From contig NC_042997.1 of assembly GCF_006345805.1 (NCBI RefSeq), forward strand, positions 146,382,001 to 146,446,000: 64,000 nt of DNA. The letters are read 5' to 3'. Shown here one piece after another: positions 51,326-64,000 of this stretch. Under the pieces are notes generated by a model. The model was not told the origin of the DNA, made no database searches, and saw nothing but the letters and a program-made list of their open reading frames with translations. The position numbers and the translations under genes were made by a program. The stretch's first letter is position 1; each line of letters opens with the position of its first letter. This stretch comes from Octopus sinensis. Its lineage: Eukaryota.

Positions 51326-51960
51326 TATCTAATGTTTTCACTGTATCCTCTTTTATTTAAGACGGTGAATTGAGGGATATTTTGCTACCATTTCTAGCAC
51401 GACATGCGACGAAATAGAAGCTCTGGCATAATAAAGTTAATCAGAATTTGTCATGAAAGTTAATCAGTGAAATGTAGTCTGAACAAACTATTTTAATCAA
51501 TCTCGGTTATACCTAAATTATAACCAGTTATGAGCAAATGATCAAAATACGATGTAAAGAAAACTTCAAAAAATTTGACAAACTAATCCACAGTTTTAAA
51601 ATTAGGCGAGAGAAAAATAATGCGGTAGCAATAAAGTTCTATGCAAAGTGTGCAACAGTAGAATATGAGCTTACAAAACGTATTTAACAATGCTTATTTG
51701 TTGAACAGTAATAAACTCAAATTCGTAACAAACTATTTAGACAGTTTTTCGCTTAGCCACTTAACAAAATTAGAACTACAATTAGCAGTAATTATAGCTC
51801 ATCATTTTGGAGAACTCATTAATATAGGAATTTCTTTCATCAATTAACTCTATAGAGCAAAATGCACAGTATTAACAAAAAGTTGTATTACTTATCCTTA
51901 TTGGAAAAATATAAAACAACTTGATGGCTTAAGTATTAGTTCTTGATTTTGAATAAATTG

Positions 51961-52553
51961 ATATTGATTTCAAATTTTGGCACGAGGCCAGCAATTTCCG
52001 AGAAGTGGATAAGTCTGTTACACAGACCCTAGAGCACAACTTGCACTTATTTTATCCGATAGGATGAAAGGTAAAGTCGACCTCGGCAGAATTTGAACTC
52101 AGAGCGTAAAGACGGACGAAATACCGCAAAACGTTTTCCCCGGCGTACTAACGATTCTTTTCTACTCTAGGCACAAGGCCCGAATTTTTCGGGGAGCGGG
52201 CCAGTCGATTAGATCGACCTCAGTATGCAACTGGTACTTAGTGTATCGATCCCGAAAGGATGAGAGGCAAAGTCGACCTCGGTTGAATTTGAACTCAGAA
52301 AGTAAAGACAGGCGAAATGCCCATTTCTTTACTACCCACAAGGGGCTAAACATAGAGAGGACAAACAAGGACAGACAAACGGATTAAGTCGATTATATCG
52401 ACCCCAGTGCGTAACTGGTACTTATTTAATTGACCCCGAAAGGATGAAAGGCAAAGTCGACCTCGGCGGAATTTGAACTCAGAACGTAACGACAGACGAA
52501 ATGTTGCTAAGCATTTCGTCCGGCGTGCTAACGATTCTGCCAGCTCGCCGCCG
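51961..52553 (-). mobile_element. SINE family C cluster: dimeric form (52155-52553) joined to a further copy
   Basis: Three family-C cores in tandem; linker GTTTGTCTGTCCTTGTTTGTCCTCTCTATGTTTAGCCCCTTGTGGGTAGTAAAGAAAT between the first two. Confidence 0.9.
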
Positions 52554-53328
52554 TAATGAGCAAATTGATATTGCCTGAGAGAAACGTCGACGGGTATCAG
52601 TGCGGGATGAGTGCGCGCACGTGTTTGTGTTTGTGTGTGTGTATGTGTTTATATGTGTGCCATATATTGCAACAAACGCCAAAATAAAATTGAACGACAG
52701 TATTGGGGTTGAATTCCTGTTACAAAAACTAGTGTGGAAGCTGTTGCATGAAACCGTGTAAAAGTTCTTGGGTGAAGAGTAAGTCAATACCCAAATGAAC
52801 ATAGCTATTTCAACATCTCCAAACTTTCGTGACGTTAATTCTCTCGTCTCTTAATGATATAAAATCATCTCATAAAATGCATTGAACACTTTCTCCGTTA
52901 GGCAGGTTCACATGCCACTGAAGTACTGCTGTCTGTTATATGTTTAGAGAAACTTTAAACGAGTTCCTTAGATCAGTGCTATGAGAAGATTAATGAGAGG
53001 TAACTGAGTGAAAAGAATGTTTTGCTTCTGAAATGCCTTAAATTGTAATTTTGTAAAAGAAATCTTCTAGATGCGAACAGTATTATGCAGGTAAATTGCA
53101 TATGTTCTCATATGCAACAAAAATAGATCTATATTAATAGATCTATATTAAGAGGATTTGATAGTGAAAAAAAAAAATTCGTTTCCAAACACAAGTAGCG
53201 GTTTCCTGGTTGGTTTTCGGTCTGACATTCGGTGTTCGGTTGACTGTTGCTGACGATTCATAAGGTGGTGAAATCCCTAGTGCTGGCGAAATATCGTCAA
53301 GTGATATCAATGCATTTCAATATGCATG

Positions 53329-53494
53329 AAATATCCCATTAAATCATATCATATCATTTCGTCTGCGGTTACGTTCTGAGTTCAAATTCCGCCGAGGTCG
53401 ACTTTGCCTTTCATCCTTTCGGGGTCAATTAAATAAATCATATCATGTAGACGACAAATGTGTCGTCTACATGATATGATTTCATGGGATATTT
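53329..53494. repeat. Palindrome (22-bp perfect stem) interrupted by an internal SINE C fragment with 13-bp duplication
   Basis: 53435-53456 pairs with 53461-53482; 53329-53339 pairs with 53484-53494; TAAATCATATCAT at 53340-53352 and 53434-53446. Confidence 0.8.
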
Positions 53495-53587
53495 ACCACA
53501 GTCTATGGCGTTATAAACAATACATGCAAGTTAGTTTGGATACGTTGATATTCATCACAAAGGCTGCTTCTATCGGTAATAGAAAAT

Positions 53588-54116
53588 TTGTGTGCTTGTG
53601 TGTGTGTGTGTGTGCGTGTGTGCATGCGTGTTTATAAAAGTGCGCCTGCGTATGTGTGTGCGTGTGTGTATGCATGTGTATATATGTGTGTTAATGCGTG
53701 TGTTGTGTGTGTGCGCATATGTGTGAGTATGCGTGTGTGTGTACGTGTGTATTGTTTGCGTGAGTGTGTGTTGTGTGTGTGCGCATATGTGTGAGTATGC
53801 GTGTGTGTGTACGTGTGTATTGTTTGCGTGAGTGTCTGTCTGTATGCGTGCATCCGTGTGTGTGTGTGCACGTGTGTGCGCATGCGTGTGTATAAAAGTT
53901 CGCGTGCGTATGTGAGTGTGTGTATGCATGTGTATATATATGTGTTAATGCGTATGTTGTATGTGTGTGCGTGTGTTGTGTATGAGTGTGTGCGTGCGTA
54001 TCTGTGTGTGCATATGTGTGTGCATGCGTATGTGTATACGTGTATATTCTTTGCGCGTGTGTGTGTGTGTGTGTCTGTCTGTCTGTCTGTGTGGGTGCGC
54101 CCGTGTGTGTGTGTGA
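53588..54116. repeat. Complex (TG/CG/TA) minisatellite with ~68-bp and ~258-bp internal duplications
   Basis: Direct reading, e.g. GCGCATATGTGTGAGTATGCGTGTGTGTGTACGTGTGTATTGTTTGCGTGAGTGT twice in tandem. Confidence 0.85.
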
Positions 54117-55013
54117 TGCATAATTTACTCGCAATATTTTGATTTTGAGTTACTTTCTCAACCATTGCATTCCATTGAAAATCTAATGCTACTTAATAGA
54201 AATTGAACTGGTAATCTTGAAAACTTCACATTGCATTCGGAAAAAAAAAATCAGTTATCATCACTTGCAAGCGAGCATGTGTTGCTAACGTACGATGCTT
54301 TGGATAATTGTCGTAAGTGCCTATGTACTCTCGAGCAGACATAGACCTCTCAACCACCCTTCCAACCCCTTGACTGCTGAACATCGAGGATGTGACTTCT
54401 ACAGCTTTAGCACTAAAGTGATAAAAGACACATTAACCCTGTGAATCTTAAAAATCCTGTTTATGTATTTAAGACAGAGGCCTGCTATTACGGTCAGACA
54501 AAATTATAAATATATATATATACATACGTATATCGTATCTTCTTTCCATGTGGTATTTAGTTTCTTTGTTTTCAAATTTTTAATTACTAGTTGCGGGTAA
54601 TAATTGTCACCGTTATTTGTTTCCCTCTAAAATATATTACTAAGTGATATTCTTTCGAACTTCTTCGTAATCTTTTGGTGTCCATACCACTGATAGAGAC
54701 TACGAAAATGTAAATTTTTACTGGGGTTGGTTTTATTGCTTACTGCTGCAATTTGAATGCTTTGAAAGTGTCTTGCTAGTTGGGAAATACATGCATTCAT
54801 GTTAGTTCTTCGTTCTGTTATATTTTCTCGACAGCTTCTTGTTGCTGGCGCCACCAGGAGGGATTCAATATTATGGTAAGGCGCGAAATTGCGTTTGACT
54901 CTCTGGCTGATAACTGATGAGGAGTTGGTGACCTTCTGTGTCTGTTTTCCGTTTGCTTGTACATTTATTATATATTTTAACTTAAAAATTAATAGAGCGC
55001 TACATACCATTGA

Positions 55014-55098
<85 letters not shown>

Positions 55099-55109
55099 TG
55101 TGTGTGTGA

Positions 55110-55441
55110 AGGCGCGTGGCTCAGTGGTTAGAGCGTCGAGCTCACGATCGTGAGGTTGTGAGCTCGAATCCCGGACCGGACTGCGTGTTGTGTTCTTGAG
55201 CAAGACACTTTATTTCACGTTGCTGCAGTTCACTCAGCTGTAGAAATGACTTGCGACATCACAGGTGCCAAGCTGTATCGGCCTCTTTGCCTTTCCCTTG
55301 GATAACACTGGTAGCGCGGAGAGGGGAGGTCTGTATGCATGGGCGACTGCTGGTCTTCCATAAACAACCTTGCCCGGACTTGTGCCTGGGAGGGTAACTT
55401 TCTAGGTGCAATTCCATGGTCAGTGTCGTTACCGAAGGGGG

Positions 55442-55445
<4 letters not shown>
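55110..55445 (+). mobile_element. SINE family B (tail iii)
   Basis: GGCGCGTGGCTCAGTGGTTAGAGCG head, same CORE-like centre, third distinct tail. Confidence 0.85.
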
Positions 55446-55520
<75 letters not shown>

Positions 55521-55536
55521 TATACATATATACATA

Positions 55537-55795
55537 CTGACGCGTATTCTCCAAATCCAATTTAATAGTGACACAGTGAAGATTTGTAAGATATTCCAAA
55601 AGTGTCCATCTAAGATTCTTATGTGAATAAATACACACACTTGGGTGTATGCATCAATAGTTCAACCTATACACCAACAGAATCACATATTTACTAACAC
55701 CGAGAACTCTCTTAACTCAAAAAGGTCTTGTCACTGTGTTAGCGACCGGCTTGAACTCTCTTTAAGTAGAAATTAAATTAAACTGAAAGAAAAAT
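55537..55795 (+). mobile_element. RLE LINE 3' end, subfamily 2, between CATA repeats
   Basis: LTRILQIQFNSDTVKICKIFQK; flanked by (CATA)-type repeats on both sides. Confidence 0.8.
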
Positions 55796-56207
55796 CATAC
55801 ATATATGCATACAAATATAAATATAAATACATATATACACAATGCGTACACTCTAGGCATAGGAAGTTATTGTTGTCTTGAATAATATAGCAGGCATAAA
55901 TAACGGTTAACAAAGAAAAACCTTTGTAACTGAAGAACAAACTGAAAAATCAATTCACGCACGTTTAAGTATCTTTGGGTTAGAGAACAAACTTATATAT
56001 GTTATATTCTTTTATTTATTTATTTATTTTATCTATCTATATATTTATTTATTAATTTATTCATTTATGTATTACACACACATATATGATATGCTTGGTT
56101 TTATCCAAAATTGAAATTAAAAGCAGTTGAACATTAAATCGAAAGATCACCCTTGCAACTTCTTAGAGTAGCACACATATTTTCATACACGGAAAAGGTT
56201 GATAGTA

Positions 56208-56655
56208 ACTTGGAAGTTTCGGCAGAATCGTTAGAGCAACGAAAAAATTGCTTTGCACTATTTGTTTAGGCTCTTTACATTAGAAGTTCAAAAACTGCTG
56301 AGGTCAACATTAGTTTTTCATGCTTTCAGGGTCGATATAACAAAGTATTATTCAAGTACTGCGGTCGGTGGTATAGACTAATCCAACTACACTTAAAATT
56401 TATAACTTTGTGCATAAACCAGAGACCATTACAATTAAGGCGGGAGCATGTCAGAATCCTAAACACATCGGACAAAATCCTAAGCGGTATTTTTTCCGGC
56501 TTTATATTCTAAGTTAAAATTCCGTCGAGATTGACTTTGGCTTTCATCCTTTCAGGGTCGATGAAATAAGTACCATTTAAGCACTGGAGTCTAGGTGGTC
56601 GATAGCCCGACCTGCCTTAAAATTTCAGGCTTTGTGCCTATAGTAAAAAGATTAT
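56208..56655 (+). mobile_element. Two diverged tandem SINE family C copies
   Basis: GGCAGAATCGTTAG... (56208-56430) and GGCGGGAGCATGTCAGAATC...GGCTTTCATCCTTTCAGGGTCGAT (56438-56655). Confidence 0.75.
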
Positions 56656-57577
56656 CAATAATTACTAAGTGTATCAATTTTGCCTAAGCAAAAGTTTGAT
56701 CCCTTGGTTCAGTTGAGTCTCATGCTTGGTCATAACATCAGTTAATTCCTTTCAAAACTTACTTTTAACTGTAGCATTATTAGTGTTATTCACTCTAACT
56801 GTAGCCACTGGAACGTAAAGAGCCGGAATAAATACTGAAAGGCATTTTTTCCGATACTTTAACGATTCTACAAAAAAAAAACACTACTGCCCTTAATAAT
56901 TTCTATAATAGGGAGAAGCTCAGCAGGACGACTGCCTCAGCATGTTCCTTCGACCAACCATGATCTGATGTGGAGGCTCTGAATTTGAGCCTGTGGTCAT
57001 GCTGGTTTGATGAATCTGCTCTGCCACACTGGCTCAACATGGATTGGCAGATTGATGCAGTTTTTATGCTCTTACACAGGAGTAGTTAAATTGATTACAT
57101 AAACCCCAGTGCTCAACTGGTACACACACACACACACATACATATGTATGTATTCATGTATGCATATGTGGGTCTGTGCATGTATGAGTAACCCATAATT
57201 TACAAATCTATTATAATTGAAAAACGACCAAACATGGACAACTTTCTATGTTAGTTAACCGATTATATCTTATATGAATATTAACTAAAGTGTCTTTATT
57301 GTGCAGCCTCGTAGTAAAGTATACATTTAAGAAAGTATTAAAGTATATATTTCTAAGAAAATACACACGTTTGAGCTGGAGTTAAACATTTATGAGTATG
57401 CTAACATACTTGAATATACATATAGAAGAATAATAATTTACATGAATGTGTGTTACTTTACGCTTTCAAACTTCAAATATGCAAATAATTATAGATATAA
57501 ATTTATGTATATAAGAACATTCATATGCAGACACACGTAATATTACTATACCTATGCATATATGTGCGCAGCTATGA

Positions 57578-57624
<47 letters not shown>

Positions 57625-57784
57625 AAGGATATATACATTTGTTTGTATGTAATGTAGAATGCAGGAACATCTGTTGCTCTAAATGAGTTTATTTGTAAAA
57701 TATATGATAATGTTTTTGTAATGTTTAAATATGAATAACCATGCAGTCTACTAGACGTAATATGAAACATGCTGGAAAAATAAA

Positions 57785-58065
57785 GCAGCCCGTTGCATAT
57801 ACATATGTGTGTGTGTGTTTGTGTTTGTATACTATGCATGTATGTGTGTATGTCTTTCCATCTATGTTTGCCCCCCAATAACCGCCTGACACTCAGTGTT
57901 GGTTTGTTTACGACCTCGTAACGTAGTGGTTCGACAAAGTTGACCGATAAAATAAGTGGCAGACTTTAAAAATAAGTACTTGTATCGATCTTTTGGACTA
58001 AAGCCCTTCAAGGCAGTGTCCCACCCTGTGCTACAATTCATTGACTGACACGAGTGAAAGATAAA
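57785..58065 (+). mobile_element. SINE family A, diverged 3' part
   Basis: GACCGATAAAATAAGT...AATAAGTACTTG...CCCTTCAAGGCAGTG...TGACTGACAC. Confidence 0.65.
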
Positions 58066-58185
58066 CGATATGGAAAAAAAATCATGTGTTTTTCACACTC
58101 ATCAAAGTATTCATTATTTAATTATTGTAAGATATGTTAATTTGTTGTTTAACATATATGTAAAAAGGTTATTTTCGATAATAAA

Positions 58186-58815
58186 CATTGGTTTCAAATT
58201 TTGGTACAAGGCCAGCAAGTTTGAGGGAGGGAGTAATTCGATTACATCAACCCTGCTGCTCAGCTGGTATTTATTTTATCGAACCCGAAAAGATGAAAGT
58301 CGACCTCGGTAGTATTTGAACTCAGAACATAAAGGCAAACGAAATGCTACTAATCATTTTTCCCGGCGTGCTAACGATTCTGCCTGCTCGCTATCTGTTT
58401 GGATAAGATATATTATTTTCTACTCTAGGCACAAAGCCCGAAATTTGGGGGAAGGGGGGGGCAGTCGATTAGATCGATCCCAGTACAGGACAGGTCCTTA
58501 ATTTACCGACACCGAAAGGATGAAAGGCAAAGTGGACCTCGGCGGAATTTTGACTCAGAACGTAACGGCTGACGAAATACCTATTTCTTTACTGCCCCAC
58601 AAGGGGCTACACACAAAGGGGACAAACAAGGACAGACAAACGGACTAAGTCTATTATATCGACCCCAGTGCGTAACTGGTACTTATTTAATCGACCCAGA
58701 AAAAATGAAAGGCAAAGTCGACCTCGGCGGAATTTGAACTCAGAATGTAACGGCAGACGAAATTCTGCTAAGCATTTCGCCCAGCGTGCTAATGTTTCTG
58801 CCAGCTCGCCGCCTT
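58186..58815 (-). mobile_element. SINE family C monomer (58186-58392) plus dimeric form (58415-58815)
   Basis: Same dimer architecture and linker as 52155-52553. Confidence 0.9.
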
Positions 58816-59292
58816 AGTAAATAAATCATTCAACAATCATCCAGTTCTTTGCCATTTTCATTCTTTATGATTATATAGGATCGTCATTTCAGTCAGTCTT
58901 TCCCTTATTCTCATAAATTTCATTAGTCCTGTTTTTGCTTGGGAGTAGGGAGGAGTTATGAGTTACAGTATTCTATAGTTGTTATTGCCATGTTTGTAAC
59001 TATAATTTGTATAAATATTCCCATCGCTATTGGTATATCTTGGTATTAATGATTGCGAAGGCTTTGCCTTTTGTTAGAGACTTGGAAAATATAGAGTTAA
59101 CATCTCCACCTTAGCGAAGGCGGAGTTGTTGTTTTCAGTCGTGTTTGCTGTCGATTGTCGGAAAGTACCAAATATTAATTAAAATACAAGAAAATTGAGT
59201 AAAAGCAAACCGATGTTTCTGTGTTAAATATACAAATCTCTTCCACTTACACAGAGATTTTTATACAGATATTTTATCTTTTGTCTTTTATA

Positions 59293-59486
59293 TCTTTCAC
59301 TTGCCTTAGTCATGAGATTGCCGCCAGGCTGGAGCACTGCCTTGAACACTTTTTAATCAAATAAATCGACACCAGCATTATTTTTCAATCCTGGTACTTA
59401 TTCTATCGGAATCTTTTGCCGGACCGCTAGATTACGAGGACGTAAACACACCAACATCGGTTGCCAAGCAGTGGTGAGGGACAAAC

Positions 59487-59490
<4 letters not shown>
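59293..59490 (-). mobile_element. SINE family A, 3' part
   Basis: GCTGGAGCACTGCC...GTACTTATTCTATCGG...GGACGTAAACACACCAACATCGGTTG. Confidence 0.8.
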
Positions 59491-59532
<42 letters not shown>

Positions 59533-59712
59533 AACAAAATATGTGGGAAATTCTGTCTGTGAGTGTGTTTGTGGAGTTCTTAGCTAACTCCTCCTACATC
59601 ATTTTATCGATTTTGATGAAACTTGACACGTGAGTAGAACTCATGTCTGGAAACCTCATGGCGTACTCAGATTGTTGAAAACATTGATAATAAGGCCCCT
59701 AGAAGGGATCCT

Positions 59713-59743
<31 letters not shown>

Positions 59744-60282
59744 TATATATAATATATTTTATTTTAAAAACCAAGGAAAATAACCCTTTTATTTTCCTAA
59801 ATTATTTGGTAAAAATGAAATCGAGTGTGCTTGTTTCTTAGTATTTGAACTGTTAGAGTTATTTTCGCAATTTATCCAGTACAACCCTTAAACAAGTAAA
59901 TAGTATTTTTCTAAACAATAAAGCTGCTTATTTCGGTTAGTGACTTATTCACGTATATACCAACAATAGCGCCCCTGAAAGTAATATTCTCTGGGAACGC
60001 ACAAAAGCCCTTTTCAGAGTTATTTACTTTGAATTATTATCTCATATCTGATTAGCCTGTTATTACTTAACATGCTTCACGATTTTAGTATACATACCTT
60101 AATAGTATTTCCTCCTATGTTCTATATACTCTGGGAACGCATTAAAGCCCTTTTCGGGACTACATGCTTTGTATTGTTGTTATTGGATCAGTGAAACAAT
60201 TATGAGAACAGAACCAAAGGATAAGCCCCGCTTTCCCGGGAATTACCGAGTACGTCAGCTAGTATATATATACACATATATA

Positions 60283-60446
60283 AGCGCAGGATTGACTGTG
60301 TGGTAAGAAGCTTGCTTACAAACCACATGGTTCCGGGATCAGTCCCACTACATAGCACCTTGGGCAAGTGTCTTCTACTATAGCCTCGGGCTGACCAAAA
60401 CTTTGTTATTGGATTTGGGATACGGTATCTTAAGAAGCCCATCGTG

Positions 60447-60508
<62 letters not shown>

Positions 60509-60915
60509 TGTGTGTGTTTATGTGTGTGTATGTCTTTGAATCTTTATTTGCCCCCACCCATCACCATCACTTGATAACCTATTGAATAAGTATTAGGCTT
60601 ACAAAGAATAAGTCCTGGGCCGATTTCTTCGACTAAAAAGCCTTTTTAAGGCGGTGCTCCAGCTTGGCCGAGGTAAAATGACTGAAATAAGTGAGCGATA
60701 TACTGTGCTTGTGAAGACCTGTCGGACCGAGTGAAATCGTAGTCGTGGCCGATTCCAGCACCTCCTGACTGGCACCCGTGCCGGTGGCACGTAAAAGACA
60801 CCCACTACACTTGGTTGGCGTTGGGAAGGGCATCCAGCCATAGAAATCAAATCGGAACCTGTGAAACTATCCAATGCATGCCAGCATGGAAAGCAGACAT
60901 TATATGATGATGATT
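60283..60915 (+). mobile_element. SINE family A (60283-60692) followed by a SINE/RTE-related 3' segment ending in (ATG)n
   Basis: Family A match, then TGGTTGGCGTTGGGAAGGGCATCCAGCC...CATGCCAGCATGGAAAGCAGACATTATATGATGATGAT. Confidence 0.75.
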
Positions 60916-60954
60916 ATGCATGTGTGTATGTATGTGTGTGTGTGCGTGTGTATA

Positions 60955-61085
60955 AGATGGACCTCTTTCAGTTTCTATCTGTCAAATCCATTCACAAGGC
61001 TTTGGTCGGCTCGAGACTATAGAAGATACTTGCCGAAGGTATCATGCAGTGGGACTGAACACGAAACAAGTCTCTTACCACACAG
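60955..61085 (-). mobile_element. SINE family A, 5' part
   Basis: CTTTCAGTTTC...CAAATCCATTCACAAGGCTTTGGTCGGCTCGAG...GCAGTGGGACTGAAC. Confidence 0.75.
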
Positions 61086-61264
61086 ATACTAGACACATCC
61101 ACATACACAGACACAGAGACTTTCATATATAATGTGTGTATGTGCGTTTGTGTGTTAACAGAAAATACGAGAGAGGAAGTAGATGAGGAAGTATATTACA
61201 TATCACTAATCGGTATCTGTACAAATGCTGTTGTTTGATGGTTGCCAGCTCGCAGAAAAAATGA

Positions 61265-61445
61265 TACGCTACGTTATGTGAAATTAATCAATGTTACATC
61301 TGGAGTTAATTGATTGTTAAGCAGTACAATTGTTATTCATAACATATTTATTCCAAATATATGTTATCGATAACAATAGTACGGTTCAATAATTAACTAA
61401 TTACTGATATAACAAATTGATTAATTTCGTATAATGTCACATGGT
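61265..61445. mobile_element. Old palindromic MITE-like element
   Basis: ACGTTATGTGAAATTAATCAATGTTACATC...GTACAATTGTTATTCATAACATAT mirrors ATATGTTATCGATAACAATAGTAC...GATATAACAAATTGATTAATTTCGTATAATGT; centre ~61350. Confidence 0.6.
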
Positions 61446-61608
61446 ATTTTAGCGTGAACAAGCAGCCAACAAGTAAAATTAATAAAGATAATGATGATTG
61501 ATATGTCAATATGGTCTCACATTTTATTTATTTCTCTCATTCTCTCTTAACGTTTACATATTTATAGTTGCTCACACACACACACATGTATATATAAATA
61601 TATATATA

Positions 61609-61683
<75 letters not shown>

Positions 61684-62273
61684 CAGTAACACAGATTTGC
61701 TTGTCTGTTGTTTGACCGTAACCAGCTGAGCATGTTCCTTAGTGGCTGACGATATGTGCATCTCTGATCACGAGCAGAAGTAGTGTGGGAGCATCATAGC
61801 CATGTGTTGAGAGGGATTCTTTGGGGTTTGAATAATTCACCTCTGGAACCATGGGTGTTTCGTTCAACATCCTTAAACAACCCTTATTCAGGGATCTTTT
61901 GAGCGGGATGGGTTACTCGACCAGAAGACAATTCTAACTAAAGGTCATGTGCTGTTTATCTTGATATGAGATCACCATGTCGCGCACATATGGTTGTGAT
62001 GCATGTGCCTAGTGTACCTTTATCAGACAGGTAGTCATGATGGATATACTGGGCTTCGTATATTTTACCACAGTGTCACTTTGATGGCATGCACTGCTCT
62101 CTCACTCAATAATATCAATAAGAGGTAGTGGGAAATAAACACTAACACAAAAACACACACACACACGCATGCATAAGTACACATATTTCTATCTATCTTC
62201 CTATCTATCCATCTGTTTACTACCTATCTCTCTCACTCGATATATATATAATATATATATATATGCATGTATG

Positions 62274-62317
<44 letters not shown>

Positions 62318-62937
62318 ATATATATAATATATATATATATATGCATGTATGTATGTATATATATATATATATATATGCATGTATGTATGTATATATATAT
62401 ATATATATATACATATATATATAAAACGATAGTCTTCCACTTAGTCACTGTTTACATCAAACAAACTCAATCACAAGTCATTGGTCGGGTCAAGATTATT
62501 GTAAAAGACACTTGCGCCTAGTATGCATTATCTTCAGGACCTGACGTTAAGAAGAAAGTCTTAACTGGACTCGTGACCTGAATTCTTGCAACAGTTAGGG
62601 GCCCCTACGAACCAGGTTGTGTACGGAACTAAGTGATAGATTAAGTCTTTCACACCAGAACTCAGATTGAAAAGAGCTACAACTAATACAAAGATGATCG
62701 CCATTGATAATTTAACAGTTCCATCGATCCACCATCCTTAATTAGTACTTTATTTCAAAGACTCGGAAAAGACGACCTCTGGGGGATTTCAGCTCAGAAC
62801 GCAGTGTACCGAAACAAACACCGTAAAGCAGAATTTCTTCCAAGCTTTAATCATTCGACTAATTGGCCAATATATAAGCTTAAATATTTCCATAAAATGT
62901 TACGTTTTTTTTTATTAATTTAGTAACCCATTGTAAT

Positions 62938-63138
62938 CGATTCGAATTTTGGCGCAAGGCCATTAAATTTAGGGAAAGTGAGTTGATTACATTGACCCCA
63001 GTGCTCAACTGATATTTATTTTATCGACCCCGAAAGGAATAAAGGCTAAATCGACCTTGGCGGTCTTTGAACTTAGAGCATAACGAGTTAAAAGTAATGC
63101 CGTTAAGCATGCTAACAATTCTGCTAGCTCACCGCCTG
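62938..63138 (-). mobile_element. SINE family C
   Basis: Reverse complement of family C. Confidence 0.8.
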
Positions 63139-63477
63139 CTGGCGATCTATTATAATAATATTCGACTGCAATATGGACATAGAAGTTCAGAATTAAACTG
63201 AACCGCTCACAGGTAAAATTGCTATCAAGATCGACATATTGAGATAAAATAATCAACAATTAATTGTAATGAGTTACAATAGAGGAAGTGGTTGTAAACA
63301 AAATAAATAACATGAGATTATGTAGCATCATATAACATTGTCAAGACTATTGGAGCCATAAATGAACTTAACTGGATTCAAGCGGTAATGAAAACCAGTT
63401 TGTAAACCCTGCATTATCGTGCTTTTTTCACATTGATTTGCGCTTTACAGTTCCCTTTCATGAAATTCGTCTTTATT

Positions 63478-63678
63478 TCACAAGGCCAGCGACTTCAGGA
63501 TAGGAGGTAAGTCGATTACATTGACTCCAGTACTCAATTGGTACATATTTTATCGATCTCGAAAGGGGTAAAAAAGCAAATTTAACTTCGACAGGATTTG
63601 AACTCAGAACCTGCACACGTAAGAAATGCCGTTAATCATTTTGCCCAGCATGCAAACGATTCTGCCAGCTCACCACCT
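63478..63678 (-). mobile_element. SINE family C
   Basis: Reverse complement of family C. Confidence 0.8.
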
Positions 63679-64000
63679 CTCCGACCTTCCAATGTTAAAA
63701 TTAAGAACATGCATAAGTAATATGTGTTGTGCTTTATAAAGCTATTTGTAGGTTGCATAAAATATTTCTTTTATTTTTTTATATATAATTTCCATTTATT
63801 ACTTTCTAGTCTTTAAGGCTCGAATATGAAATGATTGGTTCATATGTCAAATTATTTCAAGTTTTTTTTTATTGAATCATCATAAAATGGCTAGCTGTGG
63901 AATGAATTTTTATTTTATGGTTGATACTCTGATACCAATGACCTGATAACAAGCTTGTAACGTCGCAGAATGTGTTAATGTTTATTGTTATGATATTTGG

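Noticed and set aside
54835-54925. Possible further hammerheads (GCGCC...GGCGC-GAAA here; CTGAAGA...ATCGAAC at ~47680)
   Set aside because: Core boxes incomplete or in the wrong order; too degenerate to call.
61683-62110. GC-balanced segment as a candidate upstream exon of the zinc-finger gene
   Set aside because: No long open frame with convincing splice sites; lies between (TG)n and TAA-like repeats and looks like an interspersed repeat.

Overview
Eukaryotic, very AT-rich, microsatellite-dense genomic DNA. The SINE families, (TA)n/(CA)n/(CATA)n arrays and LINE content look like an Octopus (coleoid cephalopod) genome; this is recognition from memory, not a database hit. Only one credible host gene is present: a ~1.48-kb terminal coding exon (minus strand, 45381-43905) of a four-finger C2H2 zinc-finger transcription factor with poly-Ala/Ser tracts and a C-terminal EDEEVDV motif. 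Its upstream exon(s) were not found and may lie beyond the window. Nearly all other ORFs in the track are microsatellite or transposon artefacts. The rest is repeats: three tRNA-derived SINE families, 3' ends of RTE, CR1-like, Tx1-like and R4/Dong-like (RLE) LINEs, Penelope-like remnants with hammerhead-ribozyme-like cores, mariner and DD41D Tc1/mariner remnants, Helitron/Helentron-type non-autonomous elements and MITEs. Most notable: (1) an RLE retrotransposon family whose five copies all sit in (CATA)n repeats in the same orientation; (2) two SINE-LINE 3'-end partnerships visible within the window; (3) a fold-back DD41D element built from mirrored transposase 3' ends; (4) a candidate WDR5-binding motif and an atypical Cys-Cys finger in the zinc-finger protein; (5) several strong RNA hairpins. 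Repeat boundaries are read by eye and are approximate unless TIRs/TSDs are quoted.
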